A DNA stretch of 64,000 bases from Nitrosopumilus sp. (GTDB taxonomy: Archaea > Thermoproteota > Nitrososphaeria > Nitrososphaerales > Nitrosopumilaceae). The notes below the pieces were generated by a model. That model was not told the origin of the DNA, ran no database searches, and saw only the letters and a list, made by a program, of their open reading frames with translations. The stretch spans positions 1,783,849 to 1,847,848 of the forward strand of contig CBDBLX010000002.1 in the NCBI GenBank assembly GCA_965207445.1, given 5' to 3'. The position numbers and the translations under genes were made by a program. This document shows positions 27,201 through 38,127 of this stretch, in pieces. Every line of letters starts with the position of its first letter. Positions within the stretch are counted from its first letter, which is position 1.

Positions 27201-27861
27201 ATTTCTTCTTAACCTCTTGTACTTGTTTTACAGGTTTGCCCATAGTAGTCTTTACCATGACACGCTTTACATTTTTCTCCCCATTAGGTAGCTTTCGCTC
27301 AACAGAACTCAATACAGTATGTGCATTTATTGCCAAGTCAGAATCACTCATAGTTTCATCTCCAATCTTACAAGACAGTGAAAGAGACGCCCTAGTCCTT
27401 ACTCGAATAGATGTTTTGAATCGTTCAAGAAAAGACTCTATTGGTGCATTAAATGGAACAGGTGTTGGCATCTTGCCACGAGGACCTAATAGTTGCCCAA
27501 GTGTCTTTCCCACAACAGGCATCATTTTAGTATCTGCCAAAAAGAAATCATATTTATTAATAAATTTGCGTGACTCTCGTTTGTTTGTTACAAACTTACC
27601 TAACTCATCATCACCCACTACAGCATCTGCATTTGCCTGTTTTGCCTTTTCACCCATATCACCACCTGCAATAACACACACAGTGGCAGGTGAACTTGTC
27701 TTTGGTAGTTGTACAGTCTCATTTAATGCAAATCCTTTTTTGACATCAATATCCTTAAATGATACTACCAATTCTACTGATTGTTTGAAATTTCGCTTCT
27801 TTTTTTCAGTAGACGCTTTGGCATCTTTTATCATCTCAGAGAGTTGTGATTCTGTAATCAA
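27193..27861 (-). CDS. rpl1: 50S ribosomal protein L1
   Basis: KRNFKQSVEL, LGPRGKMPTP, VKTTMG. Confidence 0.97.
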   Translation of the reverse strand: MITESQLSEMIKDAKASTEKKKRNFKQSVELVVSFKDIDVKKGFALNETVQLPKTSSPATVCVIAGGDMGEKAKQANADAVVGDDELGKFVTNKRESRKFINKYDFFLADTKMMPVVGKTLGQLLGPRGKMPTPVPFNAPIESFLERFKTSIRVRTRASLSLSCKIGDETMSDSDLAINAHTVLSSVERKLPNGEKNVKRVMVKTTMGKPVKQVQEVKKKFA

Positions 27862-27935
27862 TACGAGCAGTTGACATTGTACCTATTAAAAACCCTTGAT
27901 TAGTAATAAATAGATCACATAACAGATTTATAGTA

Positions 27936-29306
27936 GTGTGTAGTCGAGATTTTGTGGAAAAGGGTGCAAAATATGGTGCCATTATAGGTATAATTGCAGT
28001 GATAATAGGTATCGGAATAACAGCATCAATACTAACTCCTGGAGACGATAGTATGGATACGACACCAGTAGGAATAGTGGATGATAATATGGATACGACA
28101 CCAGTAATGAGTGGTGGTGATGATAATAATGATAATAATGAGGCGGTTATGCCGGACAATGAAACAACACAGATAACAGAAGTCAATGTAGGTGTGTTGG
28201 TTCCTATAACAGGTGATCTTTCAAGTTATGGATTTGACAACAAGATAGGATATGAGATGGCTCTAGAAGATCTTAATTCCCATTTGTCACAAAAGGATGC
28301 AGATTGGCGTATGAAACTAGTAATTGAGGATACACAAACAGATCCAATAATTGCACTTGAAAAGACTCAATCGTTGGATTCTAAAGGGATAAAATACATA
28401 CTAGGTCCAGCATCAAGCGCCGAGATCCGTAACATGATGGCATATGCAAACTCAAATGACATACTCATACTCTCACCATCATCAACATCACCAAAGCTAG
28501 CAATACCTAATGATAACATATACAGATTTGTCTCAGACGACAGTAGACAAGGTGGAGTAATTGCATCATTGCTAGAACAATCAGGTATCAAAGTAATGGT
28601 AACCGTATACAGAGGTGACATATGGGGTGATGGAATGTATGAGAATACAAAAAGAGAATTCGAACAAAAAGGTGGAATTGTAACAGAACCAATACGCTAT
28701 TCACCAGAAGTGACTATATTCTCTACAGAGACTGATGTGCTCTCAGGTATAGTTGATGATCTACTCAAAGAATATGACGCAAGTGAGATTGCAATATTCT
28801 TGGTCAGTTTTGATGAAGGTGCATTACTCTTTAATTCTGCTTCCCAGTATGAGAGTTTACGTGCAGTGCAATGGATAGGATCAGAGGGACTCACGGCATC
28901 TTTTGCAGTTATTGACAACAAACAGGCATCGAATTTTGCAACAGATGTCAATCTCTTGTCAATACAATTCTCTGCTGCAGATAATCCCATATACCACAAA
29001 GCAAGTGAGAGATACAAGGAAATGGTAGGTGATGTACCAGGCAACAACTACATGTATGCTTCATACGATAGTTTGTGGGTACTAGGGCTTGCAATGGATG
29101 AGGTTGGATTTGAGTCACAAGACATCAATATGCAACTCCCACAAGCAACTATGCAGTATGTAGGCGCACTTGGCAACATAACCCTAAATGCAGCAGGAGA
29201 TCTTGACATTGCAAATTATGAATTTTTAACAATTAAAAATGACAAATGGATACCATCGATCAAATACGATGCAGAAACAGATACCATATCTGTTATTGGG
29301 CAATAA
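27936..29306 (+). CDS. ABC transporter substrate-binding protein (branched-chain amino acid/LivJ type)
   Basis: TM anchor, VGVLVPITGDLSSYG, EDTQTDP, SPSSTSP, ASYDSLW; start may be GTG at 27954. Confidence 0.88.
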   Translation: MCSRDFVEKGAKYGAIIGIIAVIIGIGITASILTPGDDSMDTTPVGIVDDNMDTTPVMSGGDDNNDNNEAVMPDNETTQITEVNVGVLVPITGDLSSYGFDNKIGYEMALEDLNSHLSQKDADWRMKLVIEDTQTDPIIALEKTQSLDSKGIKYILGPASSAEIRNMMAYANSNDILILSPSSTSPKLAIPNDNIYRFVSDDSRQGGVIASLLEQSGIKVMVTVYRGDIWGDGMYENTKREFEQKGGIVTEPIRYSPEVTIFSTETDVLSGIVDDLLKEYDASEIAIFLVSFDEGALLFNSASQYESLRAVQWIGSEGLTASFAVIDNKQASNFATDVNLLSIQFSAADNPIYHKASERYKEMVGDVPGNNYMYASYDSLWVLGLAMDEVGFESQDINMQLPQATMQYVGALGNITLNAAGDLDIANYEFLTIKNDKWIPSIKYDAETDTISVIGQ

Positions 29307-29435
29307 TAGTACAACAACGTTTTGCAGTAGTACTGTTAATAATAATAACAACAACATATGAAAGATGAAACATATGTACATTGTAAATCAATCCAAATGA
29401 CAATAGATTTATTCACATAAAAGACACCACACATA

Positions 29436-30029
29436 ATGAAAAAAGACGAAATTGCACTAAAATATGTAAAAGTAGAACTAGATCACATAATGAAAGTTTT
29501 TGAGGATAATCATGCAGACCGAGAGGCCCTGATCAAAGATATCAGACAGACACTAAACTTGTGCAGTCGATCTATCATATCAGTACATAGAGGTCAAATA
29601 GAACAGGGAATCAAACAATTCCAAAAAGCACAAAAGTTATTAAAAGAACACAAAAAAAAGTCTACAGCAGACCAGAGTACACAAATTTCAATAGTAGAGC
29701 AAGAGATAACAGAAGCCGCATGTATACTGGCAATTATTCAAAAAAAGAGCATTCCTACATCAAAGTCATTGCAAGTCTCCAAAACAACATATGTGTTAGG
29801 GTTGCTTGATGCAATAGGAGAATTAAAACGACTGACACTCAATATGATACGAACAAAAAAGTATACAGAGGCAATACGAATATTTGACATTGCAGTTGAG
29901 TTGTACGATGAGCTAGCAGGCTTTTCAGTTTATTCTAATAGTGTCAAGGACATTAGAAAAAAAGTAGATGTTGCAAGGATTGTAATAGATGGGATGAGTC
30001 CAACAATTGTATCGATAGATACAGAGTAG
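29436..30029 (+). CDS. Translin-family RNA-binding protein
   Basis: REALIK, EQEITEA, YVLGLLDAIGELKR, RKKVDVAR. Confidence 0.8.
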   Translation: MKKDEIALKYVKVELDHIMKVFEDNHADREALIKDIRQTLNLCSRSIISVHRGQIEQGIKQFQKAQKLLKEHKKKSTADQSTQISIVEQEITEAACILAIIQKKSIPTSKSLQVSKTTYVLGLLDAIGELKRLTLNMIRTKKYTEAIRIFDIAVELYDELAGFSVYSNSVKDIRKKVDVARIVIDGMSPTIVSIDTE

Positions 30030-30138
30030 ACAACAAAGAGAATTACAAAAATCATAATAATGTAAGATAGAATATTGAAAATTAATTAATTTTGTTGTAA
30101 AAACTTAGATATATTAATACATCATACCATATCAAGAT

Positions 30139-30654
30139 ATGAAGCACTTTGATGATTTGGATATGAAGTTATTGTACGAACTTACAATTGATAGTTCGAT
30201 ATCTGTTCCAATCTTGGCAAAAAAGATCGACATTAACACTTCAGTGCTGTATAGTAGAATAAAGCGTCTTGTTCGAAAAGGATTGATCAAAAAGTTCACC
30301 ATCGTAGTAGATGACAAGTTACTAGGCATAGGTGTAAAGGCATCAGTTGGTGCAAAACGAGATCCAAAGTTCAAAGATGACATACACAAAGAGTTGATGA
30401 AGACTCAAGAAGTCACATCAATATCAGAGGTCACTGGGAGGTTTGATATTATGATCAATGTACATGCAAAGAATCTTGAAGAGTTACACTCTATAGTAAT
30501 AAGAAAGATAGGAAAGATACCAGGCATACATAACACAGAGACGTTAGTTGAGTTGCAAAATACAGAAAAGGCTCCTAGTTATTTATTAGATCATACAAGT
30601 GATTCAGTAAAACAGAGAGATAAAGAAGAAGAAGAAGAAGAAGAAGAAGAATAG
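30139..30654 (+). CDS. Lrp/AsnC transcriptional regulator with a (GAA)n poly-Glu tail
   Basis: DDLDMKLL...VLYSRIKRL HTH; VTGRFDI effector domain. Confidence 0.92.
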   Translation: MKHFDDLDMKLLYELTIDSSISVPILAKKIDINTSVLYSRIKRLVRKGLIKKFTIVVDDKLLGIGVKASVGAKRDPKFKDDIHKELMKTQEVTSISEVTGRFDIMINVHAKNLEELHSIVIRKIGKIPGIHNTETLVELQNTEKAPSYLLDHTSDSVKQRDKEEEEEEEEE

Positions 30655-30685
30655 TGGTAGTGACAGTAAAAAGAAGAATACATTA

Positions 30686-31174
30686 TCAGTCACTAGACGC
30701 AAACTTTGCATCCCATGTGCCATCATTAATCTCAGATGTAATCTCCTTTGGTGTTTTGCCCTCTATCTTTATACCTAATGCAAGACATGTGCCAACAATA
30801 GTTAGGGTGACTGATTTCAGTGAACTTGCATATGATGTGTCAAGTTTGGTTTTTGCGACTTTGATTACAGAATCTATTGTAATCTCACCTGCCCACTCAG
30901 TACCAGATGCACCTGATCCCTTTTGAATACCTGCTTCTTTGAGTATCAATGCAGATGCAGAAGGTATGCCAATCTCGATCTCGTACTTTTTAGTATCACT
31001 ATCAACAATTACCGTCACGGGCACCTTCATGCCTTCAAAGTCTTTGGTCTTTTCATTTATTGCGCCTATCACTTCCATGATATTGACACCAAGCGGCCCC
31101 AATGCAGGTCCAAGTGGTGGTCCTGCAGATGCCGCTCCTCCTGTAACCAATGAAGAAACTTTTTGCTCACCCAT
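30686..31174 (-). CDS. rpl11: 50S ribosomal protein L11
   Basis: GPPLGPALGPLG motif. Confidence 0.97.
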   Translation of the reverse strand: MGEQKVSSLVTGGAASAGPPLGPALGPLGVNIMEVIGAINEKTKDFEGMKVPVTVIVDSDTKKYEIEIGIPSASALILKEAGIQKGSGASGTEWAGEITIDSVIKVAKTKLDTSYASSLKSVTLTIVGTCLALGIKIEGKTPKEITSEINDGTWDAKFASSD

Positions 31175-31207
31175 TATTGCATCACCATATAGGAAAAATT
31201 TAACTCT

Positions 31208-31672
31208 TTATGAACCCACAGCCTGTGAGAGTTTTAGATAGTTTGCATCAACTGTGACGGGTAGTTGATATGCAGCATCAAGTAGTACTACAGTGGCTTC
31301 CTCTTTTTCAACATCTAGTCTTGTGATAGTAGCCTTCATACCCTTGAATGGACCGCCGGTTATCTCGATAACATCATCTATCTTGAGTTGAGATATGGTG
31401 GACTTTTTGACCAAATATCCTTCAATGTCTTTAAATTCAAGTTCACCTCTCAACTGGCCTCGTATATGTCGGATACCGTCAACTGCCATAAATGCATCTG
31501 ATGGCTCAACTGCCTCAATTACAACATATCCCTTGAGATTATCAACCAATAAAACTGACTGTACATTGACCTTGTTTGCATTAACTTTGGCCTCCAATAG
31601 ACGCATTACCATCTTTTCTTGACCACCGGTTGTTCGGATTGCAAATAAGTGAGGTTTGTTTTCATCAGACAT
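31208..31672 (-). CDS. spt5: Transcription elongation factor Spt5 (NusG)
   Basis: RTTGGQE, LKGYVVIEA, KOW motif ITGGPFKG. Confidence 0.96.
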   Translation of the reverse strand: MSDENKPHLFAIRTTGGQEKMVMRLLEAKVNANKVNVQSVLLVDNLKGYVVIEAVEPSDAFMAVDGIRHIRGQLRGELEFKDIEGYLVKKSTISQLKIDDVIEITGGPFKGMKATITRLDVEKEEATVVLLDAAYQLPVTVDANYLKLSQAVGS

Positions 31673-31675
31673 TTT

Positions 31676-31855
31676 TTATCTACCAAACGTAATTACTGAA
31701 AATACAAACTGTATTATGAATCCTATAGTACCAACACCTGCAATACCAAGTAAGACAAGTCTTAGATGTTGTTGATACTCGTCTTTGTCAGGCTTTTTGG
31801 CCATCTTCATGGTATTTGCCATATTTTTCAAAGTCACACGTGGATTAAATCTCAA
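31676..31855 (-). CDS. secE: Protein translocase SecE/Sec61-gamma (59 aa, not in the ORF track)
   Basis: Manual translation MRFNPRVTLKNMANTMKMAKKPDKDEYQQHLRLVLLGIAGVGTIGFIIQFVFSVITFGR; directly upstream of spt5. Confidence 0.92.
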   Translation of the reverse strand: MRFNPRVTLKNMANTMKMAKKPDKDEYQQHLRLVLLGIAGVGTIGFIIQFVFSVITFGR

Positions 31856-31887
31856 TGCAGTAAATTAATAGGGTTTACTTATATCTC

Positions 31888-32787
31888 TTGTTTATGGAGT
31901 TGTTGATTGCATTTGATGGTGATGATGCGGCAAGTCGCATGGCAGCACGTATGGCATTGCATATGGAACGTGACCATATTAGTGGTAGCAGTGGTAACAA
32001 TAAAAATACTAGTAGCAACATAATAACAACAAAAACAACACATACAAAAGATAACGTAGATAGTAAAATTTCAGGATTCTGGCGCTCAAAACATTACGAC
32101 ATGATAACCATATCTACTCCTGCAATATCAGCAGACTGGCTTGAGGAGACAGAGATAGTAAAAGCGGGGGGATATGACGGATTTGTATTCTTATCAAAAC
32201 ACTCAGCAGAGTCAGGAATGCTAGCACTAACGTGCCACAGTACAGGGAATTTTACTAGAGCAGATTTTGGAGGAAATGATAAAGAGATAGCAATACCACA
32301 TCCACACTTTCAAAAAGCATATCTAAAAAATATTTATAAAAAGAGAGATCAATTCTCAGAGTTTGATATTACAATAGAGGCGACACACCACGGTCCAAGC
32401 GCACTTGGCAAACCTACAATATTCGTAGAGATTGGAACCACGCCAAAACAATGGTGTGACGACGCACTATGCTCTAGCATATCTGATATTGTACAAGATA
32501 CGCTAATATCAGATATACCACAAAACAGTCCAGTTGCAATATGTTTTGGTAGCACACATTACCCATCAAAGTTTACAAAAGAGTTGTTGCATGGCAAACA
32601 TGCTCTTGGAACTGTAATTCCAAAGAGAGCCATACCCCAAATTGACGATGAACTCTTTGCGCATATCATACAACAAAATAGTATGGCAACAGTTGCGCTA
32701 CTAGATTGGGGAGGAATAAAGAGCGCAGACAAAAAGAATCTTTGCGATATGCTTTCAACGACAAACTTGAGTATAATTCATATATAA
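31888..32787 (+). CDS. dtdA: D-aminoacyl-tRNA deacylase (archaeal DtdA/GEK1 type)
   Basis: FLSKHS, LTCHSTGN, EATHHGPS, FVEIGT, GSTHY. Confidence 0.9.
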   Translation: MFMELLIAFDGDDAASRMAARMALHMERDHISGSSGNNKNTSSNIITTKTTHTKDNVDSKISGFWRSKHYDMITISTPAISADWLEETEIVKAGGYDGFVFLSKHSAESGMLALTCHSTGNFTRADFGGNDKEIAIPHPHFQKAYLKNIYKKRDQFSEFDITIEATHHGPSALGKPTIFVEIGTTPKQWCDDALCSSISDIVQDTLISDIPQNSPVAICFGSTHYPSKFTKELLHGKHALGTVIPKRAIPQIDDELFAHIIQQNSMATVALLDWGGIKSADKKNLCDMLSTTNLSIIHI

Positions 32788-32803
32788 TTATATTCAATGA
32801 CAA

Positions 32804-33226
32804 GTGGCACGAATCATAATGAGTGACAATGATGACAATAATAGTAATGGCTGCAACGGTGGCAATAGTAATAATAACAGCAACAGCAACAGCAACACAA
32901 AAAAGGATAATCTTTTGAGTATTACAGAACAAGACCGTCGAGTATACACATTGCTTGCAAAAGTTCCAAAGGGCAAAGTCACGACATACGGAGAGTTGGC
33001 CAAAGCAGCAGGAATCAAAAATGGTCAGCGAGTAATAGGAAAAATTATGAACAAAAATCCATATCCATCAATAATCCCATGTCACAGAGTAGTAAGATCA
33101 ACAGGTCAGATAGGTGGATATGCATATGGTACAGACGTAAAAAACAACATGCTCACAAAAGAAGGAGTCACTATAACAGATGAAAAGATTATCAATATGG
33201 ATAACATTACATACAGATTCAATTAA
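32804..33226 (+). CDS. ogt: Methylated-DNA-protein-cysteine methyltransferase (MGMT) with an Asn-rich N-terminus
   Basis: VPKGKVTTYGELA, IPCHRVV active-site motif. Confidence 0.9.
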   Translation: MARIIMSDNDDNNSNGCNGGNSNNNSNSNSNTKKDNLLSITEQDRRVYTLLAKVPKGKVTTYGELAKAAGIKNGQRVIGKIMNKNPYPSIIPCHRVVRSTGQIGGYAYGTDVKNNMLTKEGVTITDEKIINMDNITYRFN

Positions 33227-33573
33227 CTCAAAACACGTTACAGAAAATACCACAGTTATAATCATAACAAGTTTTTTCAAAAAATGCCAATCTTTGAGTA
33301 TTGTGAGTTGACCATACAGTCCTGCAAGTGATATATCCACATGAAAAGTAGGTAAATAGTAGACAGGATGTATAGTAAACAGCAAGCATATCTAGACCCG
33401 CAGTATTATAACACTAGTCCACAAGACATCGTTTGTCATCTACGAGTTCATTTGGTACGGACACCATAGAGTGTCATGTACAGTCATGGGTTTTGTGATT
33501 AGTAGTGTTCATGTGACATACATTCATGCCGTCGTTTGTCCAGGTGGTATCTTTTACATCAGGTATCGTGTCA

Positions 33574-33607
<34 letters not shown>

Positions 33608-34042
33608 TGTCATCACCACCCATCACTAACGCCACCGGAAAAGGTTCGTTGATAATTGACTCATATGCGATACGGCATAACCGGCCCCCGAACTCATCAG
33701 AATCACAATGACAATTATACTATTTTTTAGTGGCGCATCTATGCATAAATTATGTTCATATACATCAAATTCTCCAAATTGGATGGAAAATACATCAACA
33801 ATCTAAACACATTTGGCATACAAATTACCTGAATATGTGATTTGTATACATTCATCAAGCAGTATAAAGATTCAAGATGACAGCAGTCCTACATAAAGTA
33901 CTTAAAAATTAATTTACGTATTCATATTTTTCTTTTTTAAATTATAGTGTGCCAAGCTTATTATATACAATAATAAAATTACATACTTGTATTTGGCTAC
34001 ATCTTTACGGGCATATTAAATATTGTGCATATAGTATATTTA

Positions 34043-34080
34043 GCTAGGAGTTATTTTTAAATGATCATATCAATCATGGA
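34043..34080 (+). repeat. 38-bp dispersed repeat, copy 2
   Basis: Matches 4791-4828 with one mismatch. Confidence 0.85.
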
Positions 34081-34106
34081 TTAATTTGCACGAATTATAT
34101 TGTGGT

Positions 34107-34122
34107 GGGGGGGGGGGGGGGG
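34107..34122 (+). promoter_or_regulatory. G16 homopolymer between a TATA-like box and the likely start codon
   Basis: TTATAT at 34095-34100, 16 G at 34107-34122, in-frame GTG at 34127. Confidence 0.55.
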
Positions 34123-34126
34123 ATAT

Positions 34127-35185
34127 GTGAGAGTCACACTCATAACCAGCAGTACTGATGCATTTTTCACTGGGCATCATTATGACAACACCTTGTACGA
34201 GTTTCTAGTGCGCGCGATGCAAGACAACCCCGACATTGACCGTTACGATGTCATGTCAGTAGAATCCGGATACGACGCGTCTCGACTAAAAGACAAAACG
34301 GATGCAATTATTACGAGTGGACTGTTCAACCCCGGAGCCTCCAAAGTACACGGATTAAAGGAACTAGACGTACCTGTCGTCGTGGTTGCCCCGGACCCCC
34401 ACACATCTAAGAGATTTGAGCTAGACCCCCACACATCTAGGAGATTTGAGCTAGAAAAAAAATACGACAAATATGGAGTAGACTGTGTGTTAGGCTTTGC
34501 GCATAAAGGAGAGTTTTACAGATATAACCCGAGCCGCATCAAATACAAGAGTATCCGGTGGGGAGTAGAGCCAAGACACTATAATGACCATCGGCCCTTT
34601 GAGAAAAGGATACGTGAGAGGATTCTAGTATCCGGTGCCTTGGAATGGAGGGCGAATCCGGTTAGACGTGCATGTTCTTCGTGCCTGCGTTACGCACTTG
34701 ATATAGTCAGAAACAAACAGAAGATCCCCCTGCGGAGAAGAGTGTTCAACCCCTCCCGTGACATGGAGTACCACTACAAGCTGCGAAGCGCCTGTAAGAG
34801 ATTACCATATGTTGACCATGAGGTCACCATACGTGGCAACGAATCCGGGGCATATCAGAGGCTTTTATCTAGATACAGAGCCGTGATTGCCGCCACGACA
34901 TGGTATGCAACCATCAAGTACGCAGAAATTCCAGCAGCCGGTTGCATGACATTCATGGAGATCACAGACAGGAATCAGGCGGCAGGCTGGGGGTATGTAG
35001 ATGGCAAAAACTGCATTGCAATAAATGAGGACAACTACAAACAGCGCTTTGAGGAGTACTTGCATGATCCCGACTCTGATAGATACAAACAGATCGCAGA
35101 CGCCGGACGACAGCATGCCATACAGAATTTCAACAACGACAAAGCCGCAGCCGATCTAGTGGCCCTGCTTAGGGACTTGTACTAG
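34127..35185 (+). CDS. Glycosyltransferase (GT-B/family 1-like)
   Basis: C-terminal KYAEIPAAGC...GYVDGKNCI...YKQIADAGRQHA pattern; ORF is open from TTG 34100; 30-bp tandem repeat DPHTSxRFEL. Confidence 0.7.
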   Translation: MRVTLITSSTDAFFTGHHYDNTLYEFLVRAMQDNPDIDRYDVMSVESGYDASRLKDKTDAIITSGLFNPGASKVHGLKELDVPVVVVAPDPHTSKRFELDPHTSRRFELEKKYDKYGVDCVLGFAHKGEFYRYNPSRIKYKSIRWGVEPRHYNDHRPFEKRIRERILVSGALEWRANPVRRACSSCLRYALDIVRNKQKIPLRRRVFNPSRDMEYHYKLRSACKRLPYVDHEVTIRGNESGAYQRLLSRYRAVIAATTWYATIKYAEIPAAGCMTFMEITDRNQAAGWGYVDGKNCIAINEDNYKQRFEEYLHDPDSDRYKQIADAGRQHAIQNFNNDKAAADLVALLRDLY

Positions 35186-35443
35186 ACAACAACAATCTAC
35201 CGTGGTGAAAAATGGTTATATTGACAAGTTAAACACGCGGGTGCGCATTTTATACACCATAATAATACAATCTTGTGTTGTGTGCATATACTTTATACAT
35301 AATATATTTACATGATGCGTATATAATACATATATACATATATATACATACAATATATTATATAATAAAATTATAATATATTATTATATTAAATAACATC
35401 TACAACTATACAAAAAATATACCGCAAAAATAGAAAATCGTAT

Positions 35444-35911
35444 TTATACATCACGCGTAGAGTCTCTGCGCTCTATAGTCTCTTCAATCAAAGAGCGCAA
35501 GTGTGCCTTGTTTCGCACAGTATTTCCACCTACTTTTTTGTAAAGCATCCAAAATTCTTTATTTGTAATATCCTCACGTGCCTTGGCAATCTTTAAGAGT
35601 TTACGAAGGGCGCGCACCTTTGCCACATATACCTCTTTTTTGCCAACACGTGCGCCCTTTCGCCCTTGTTTTGAGCCTTGCGTTGTACCACGTTTGTTTC
35701 TCTGAGATTTTTTGGTGTGTGCTCTACCCTTTGATGTTCCAGTAAAATGTTTTACAGTTATCGTATTTGCAGTAATTAAACTACGTATCTCATCACGCGT
35801 AATTGCATTTGCAATATCCTCCAAGTGATCCTCAGAAAAACGTATTCTGTGAACACCAACACCAATAACACGAGAGGCAAGTCGTTTTTTTGCCTTTAAA
35901 TTAACTACCAT
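35444..35911 (-). CDS. rpl19e: 50S ribosomal protein L19e
   Basis: KKRLASRVIGVG, AITRDEIRSLI, GSKQGRKGAR. Confidence 0.96.
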   Translation of the reverse strand: MVVNLKAKKRLASRVIGVGVHRIRFSEDHLEDIANAITRDEIRSLITANTITVKHFTGTSKGRAHTKKSQRNKRGTTQGSKQGRKGARVGKKEVYVAKVRALRKLLKIAKAREDITNKEFWMLYKKVGGNTVRNKAHLRSLIEETIERRDSTRDV

Positions 35912-36299
35912 CTGCCTTTATCCTCGCATTGAATATCTTAAACTTTAGAGATATTGCCTTTACAACAATATCTCGACGTTTACGTGTGCCAACGCCATGG
36001 CCTATTCGAACACCATCTTTCTTCGGATCAAGTGAATCCAAATCACGTACATTATACACCAAATTGTCAGTATATCCAGACGGATGCAACCCCGATGCAT
36101 CTCGAGGACCACCATAGCCTATCTTGACTAGTCCAGGTCGTCCTCGGCTCTTTTGCTTTCGTTGATGATTATCAATCCCCTTTGGTTTACGCCATCCAGT
36201 CTCGAGTCGAACATAACGCCAGCTCTCAGGTCGTATAAAATCAGGGTTTTTGTTCTTTTGTATAGATCGCCTCTGCAAGAGACTCTTGTTTATTGGCAT
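35901..36299 (-). CDS. rpl32e: 50S ribosomal protein L32e
   Basis: WRKPKGIDN, GLHPSGY. Confidence 0.96.
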   Translation of the reverse strand: MPINKSLLQRRSIQKNKNPDFIRPESWRYVRLETGWRKPKGIDNHQRKQKSRGRPGLVKIGYGGPRDASGLHPSGYTDNLVYNVRDLDSLDPKKDGVRIGHGVGTRKRRDIVVKAISLKFKIFNARIKADGS

Positions 36300-36559
36300 G
36301 TGTGACCTCTAGAATTTTTAAATAAATACGTTGTTAGGGCTAAACTCAAACACGCAAATACATTGCCAAGTAAATTGTACAACACCTAACGCAAACAAAT
36401 ACAGTAACAAAAGTTGTGTTGTGGAGTGGTAAAATTATTTCGAAAATCTCATTATCATTTGACATGTTATATGTAATTATTTTTTTTAATATTATTATAA
36501 TATATTCATTTTTATATTTTATAGAGATCCTTTATAAAACCAATAGATGAGTATTTTAT

Positions 36560-37285
36560 ATGTTAAAGTTAGAAAATATTACATATACGCGCAATAGTAA
36601 TAATATATTAAATAGTATTAATTTAAATATATTAGAAAATGATTTTGTTACAATTGTAGGTCCATCTGGTTGTGGTAAAACTACACTGTTACGAATCATC
36701 GCAGGTTTTGATAAACCAACACAAGGCAAAATAATACATGCACAAAAAGAGGTTACAGGAATAATTGACCAAAGTAGATTAATGGTGTTCCAAGAACATG
36801 CATTATTTTATTGGCTTACTGTTAAAGGTAATATAGAATTTGGACTTAAAACGAAAAAAAATATAACAAAAGATGAACGCGAGTCACTAGTATACGAATA
36901 CCTAAGCATGATAGAGATGGATGGTTTTATTGATTATAATATTTCTGCATTGTCAACAGGGCAAAGAGCTAGAGTGGCTATTGCAAGGGCGCTTATAATG
37001 AACCCAGATATACTACTAATGGATGAGCCGTTTGCAGCATTAGATGCAGAAATGAAAGAAACGTTACAAAATTCATTGCGTTTGTTGTGGCTAAAGACAC
37101 GCAAGACAATTGTATTCATCACACATGACATAGATGAGGCATGTTTGTTAGGTACAAAAGTTATTGTACTGAGTAATAGACCAACTAAAATTCAACAGAT
37201 CTTTCATAATGACAAAGAACTTTTGCGCACACCAGAAGATATTACAGAGATGACAAAAAAGATACGACAGTTATTACACAAGTGA
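36560..37285 (+). CDS. ABC transporter ATPase (nitrate/sulfonate/taurine type)
   Basis: GPSGCGKT, VFQEHALFYW, LSTGQ, LLMDEPFAALD, FITHDIDEA. Confidence 0.92.
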   Translation: MLKLENITYTRNSNNILNSINLNILENDFVTIVGPSGCGKTTLLRIIAGFDKPTQGKIIHAQKEVTGIIDQSRLMVFQEHALFYWLTVKGNIEFGLKTKKNITKDERESLVYEYLSMIEMDGFIDYNISALSTGQRARVAIARALIMNPDILLMDEPFAALDAEMKETLQNSLRLLWLKTRKTIVFITHDIDEACLLGTKVIVLSNRPTKIQQIFHNDKELLRTPEDITEMTKKIRQLLHK

Positions 37286-38127
37286 GTCAAATGACCAATA
37301 TTTTTAATAGTATGAATAAATTTAATATTGCAAGTAACAATAATACCATCAATAATAATAATAAAAAAAAACATTATTATAAACATCAAATAGTATTTTA
37401 CGTATCCATAATTGTCATATGGGAAATTATTGCCTCACTTGATGTAATACCTAGCAATGTATTGCCATCCCCACTGGAGATTTTAGATGACATGGTATTT
37501 TTCATTGAAAATGGTACTCTTGTACACGGATTCTTTACAAGTTTGTGGCGCTTGTCTGTAGGGTTGATACTATCAATTATAGGTGGCGTGTTGTTAGGCA
37601 TTTTGTTTGCAAAATCACATATTGCAAACAAAACAGCAGGAGGCCTCATATTAGGATTACAATCGGTCCCATCAATTGCATGGGTTCCCCTAGGCATACT
37701 GTGGTTTGGTTTAACAGACATGGGAATAATATTCATCATTGTGATAGGGGCCATGTTTGCCATCTCAATTAATACCCAAACAGGAATACAAAATCTAAAT
37801 CCTGAAATCGTATATGCGGCGCAAAATTTAGGTAAAAAAAACCCACAGTTTATTTTTGATGTACTGCTACCAGCTAGTTTACCTTATTTGGTTGTAGGAT
37901 TAAGACAGGGCTGGGCATTTGCATGGCGCGGACTTATTGGAGCTGAATTATTGTTTTCATATTTAGGATTAGGTTACATGTTGTATGTAGGTAGATCGCT
38001 TAATGATATATCACAAGTCTTTGCAGTAATGATTATCATAATGGCAATTGGATTTTCAGTTGACATGTTCATCTTTAATCGAATAGAAGGATGGATTAGG
38101 GAAAAATGGGGATTTGATAGCACATAA
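37282..38127 (+). CDS. ABC transporter permease (SsuC/TauC type)
   Basis: LPSPLEI, LQSVPSIAWVP, LPASLPYLVVGLR, WRGLIGAEL. Confidence 0.9.
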   Translation: MSQMTNIFNSMNKFNIASNNNTINNNNKKKHYYKHQIVFYVSIIVIWEIIASLDVIPSNVLPSPLEILDDMVFFIENGTLVHGFFTSLWRLSVGLILSIIGGVLLGILFAKSHIANKTAGGLILGLQSVPSIAWVPLGILWFGLTDMGIIFIIVIGAMFAISINTQTGIQNLNPEIVYAAQNLGKKNPQFIFDVLLPASLPYLVVGLRQGWAFAWRGLIGAELLFSYLGLGYMLYVGRSLNDISQVFAVMIIIMAIGFSVDMFIFNRIEGWIREKWGFDST

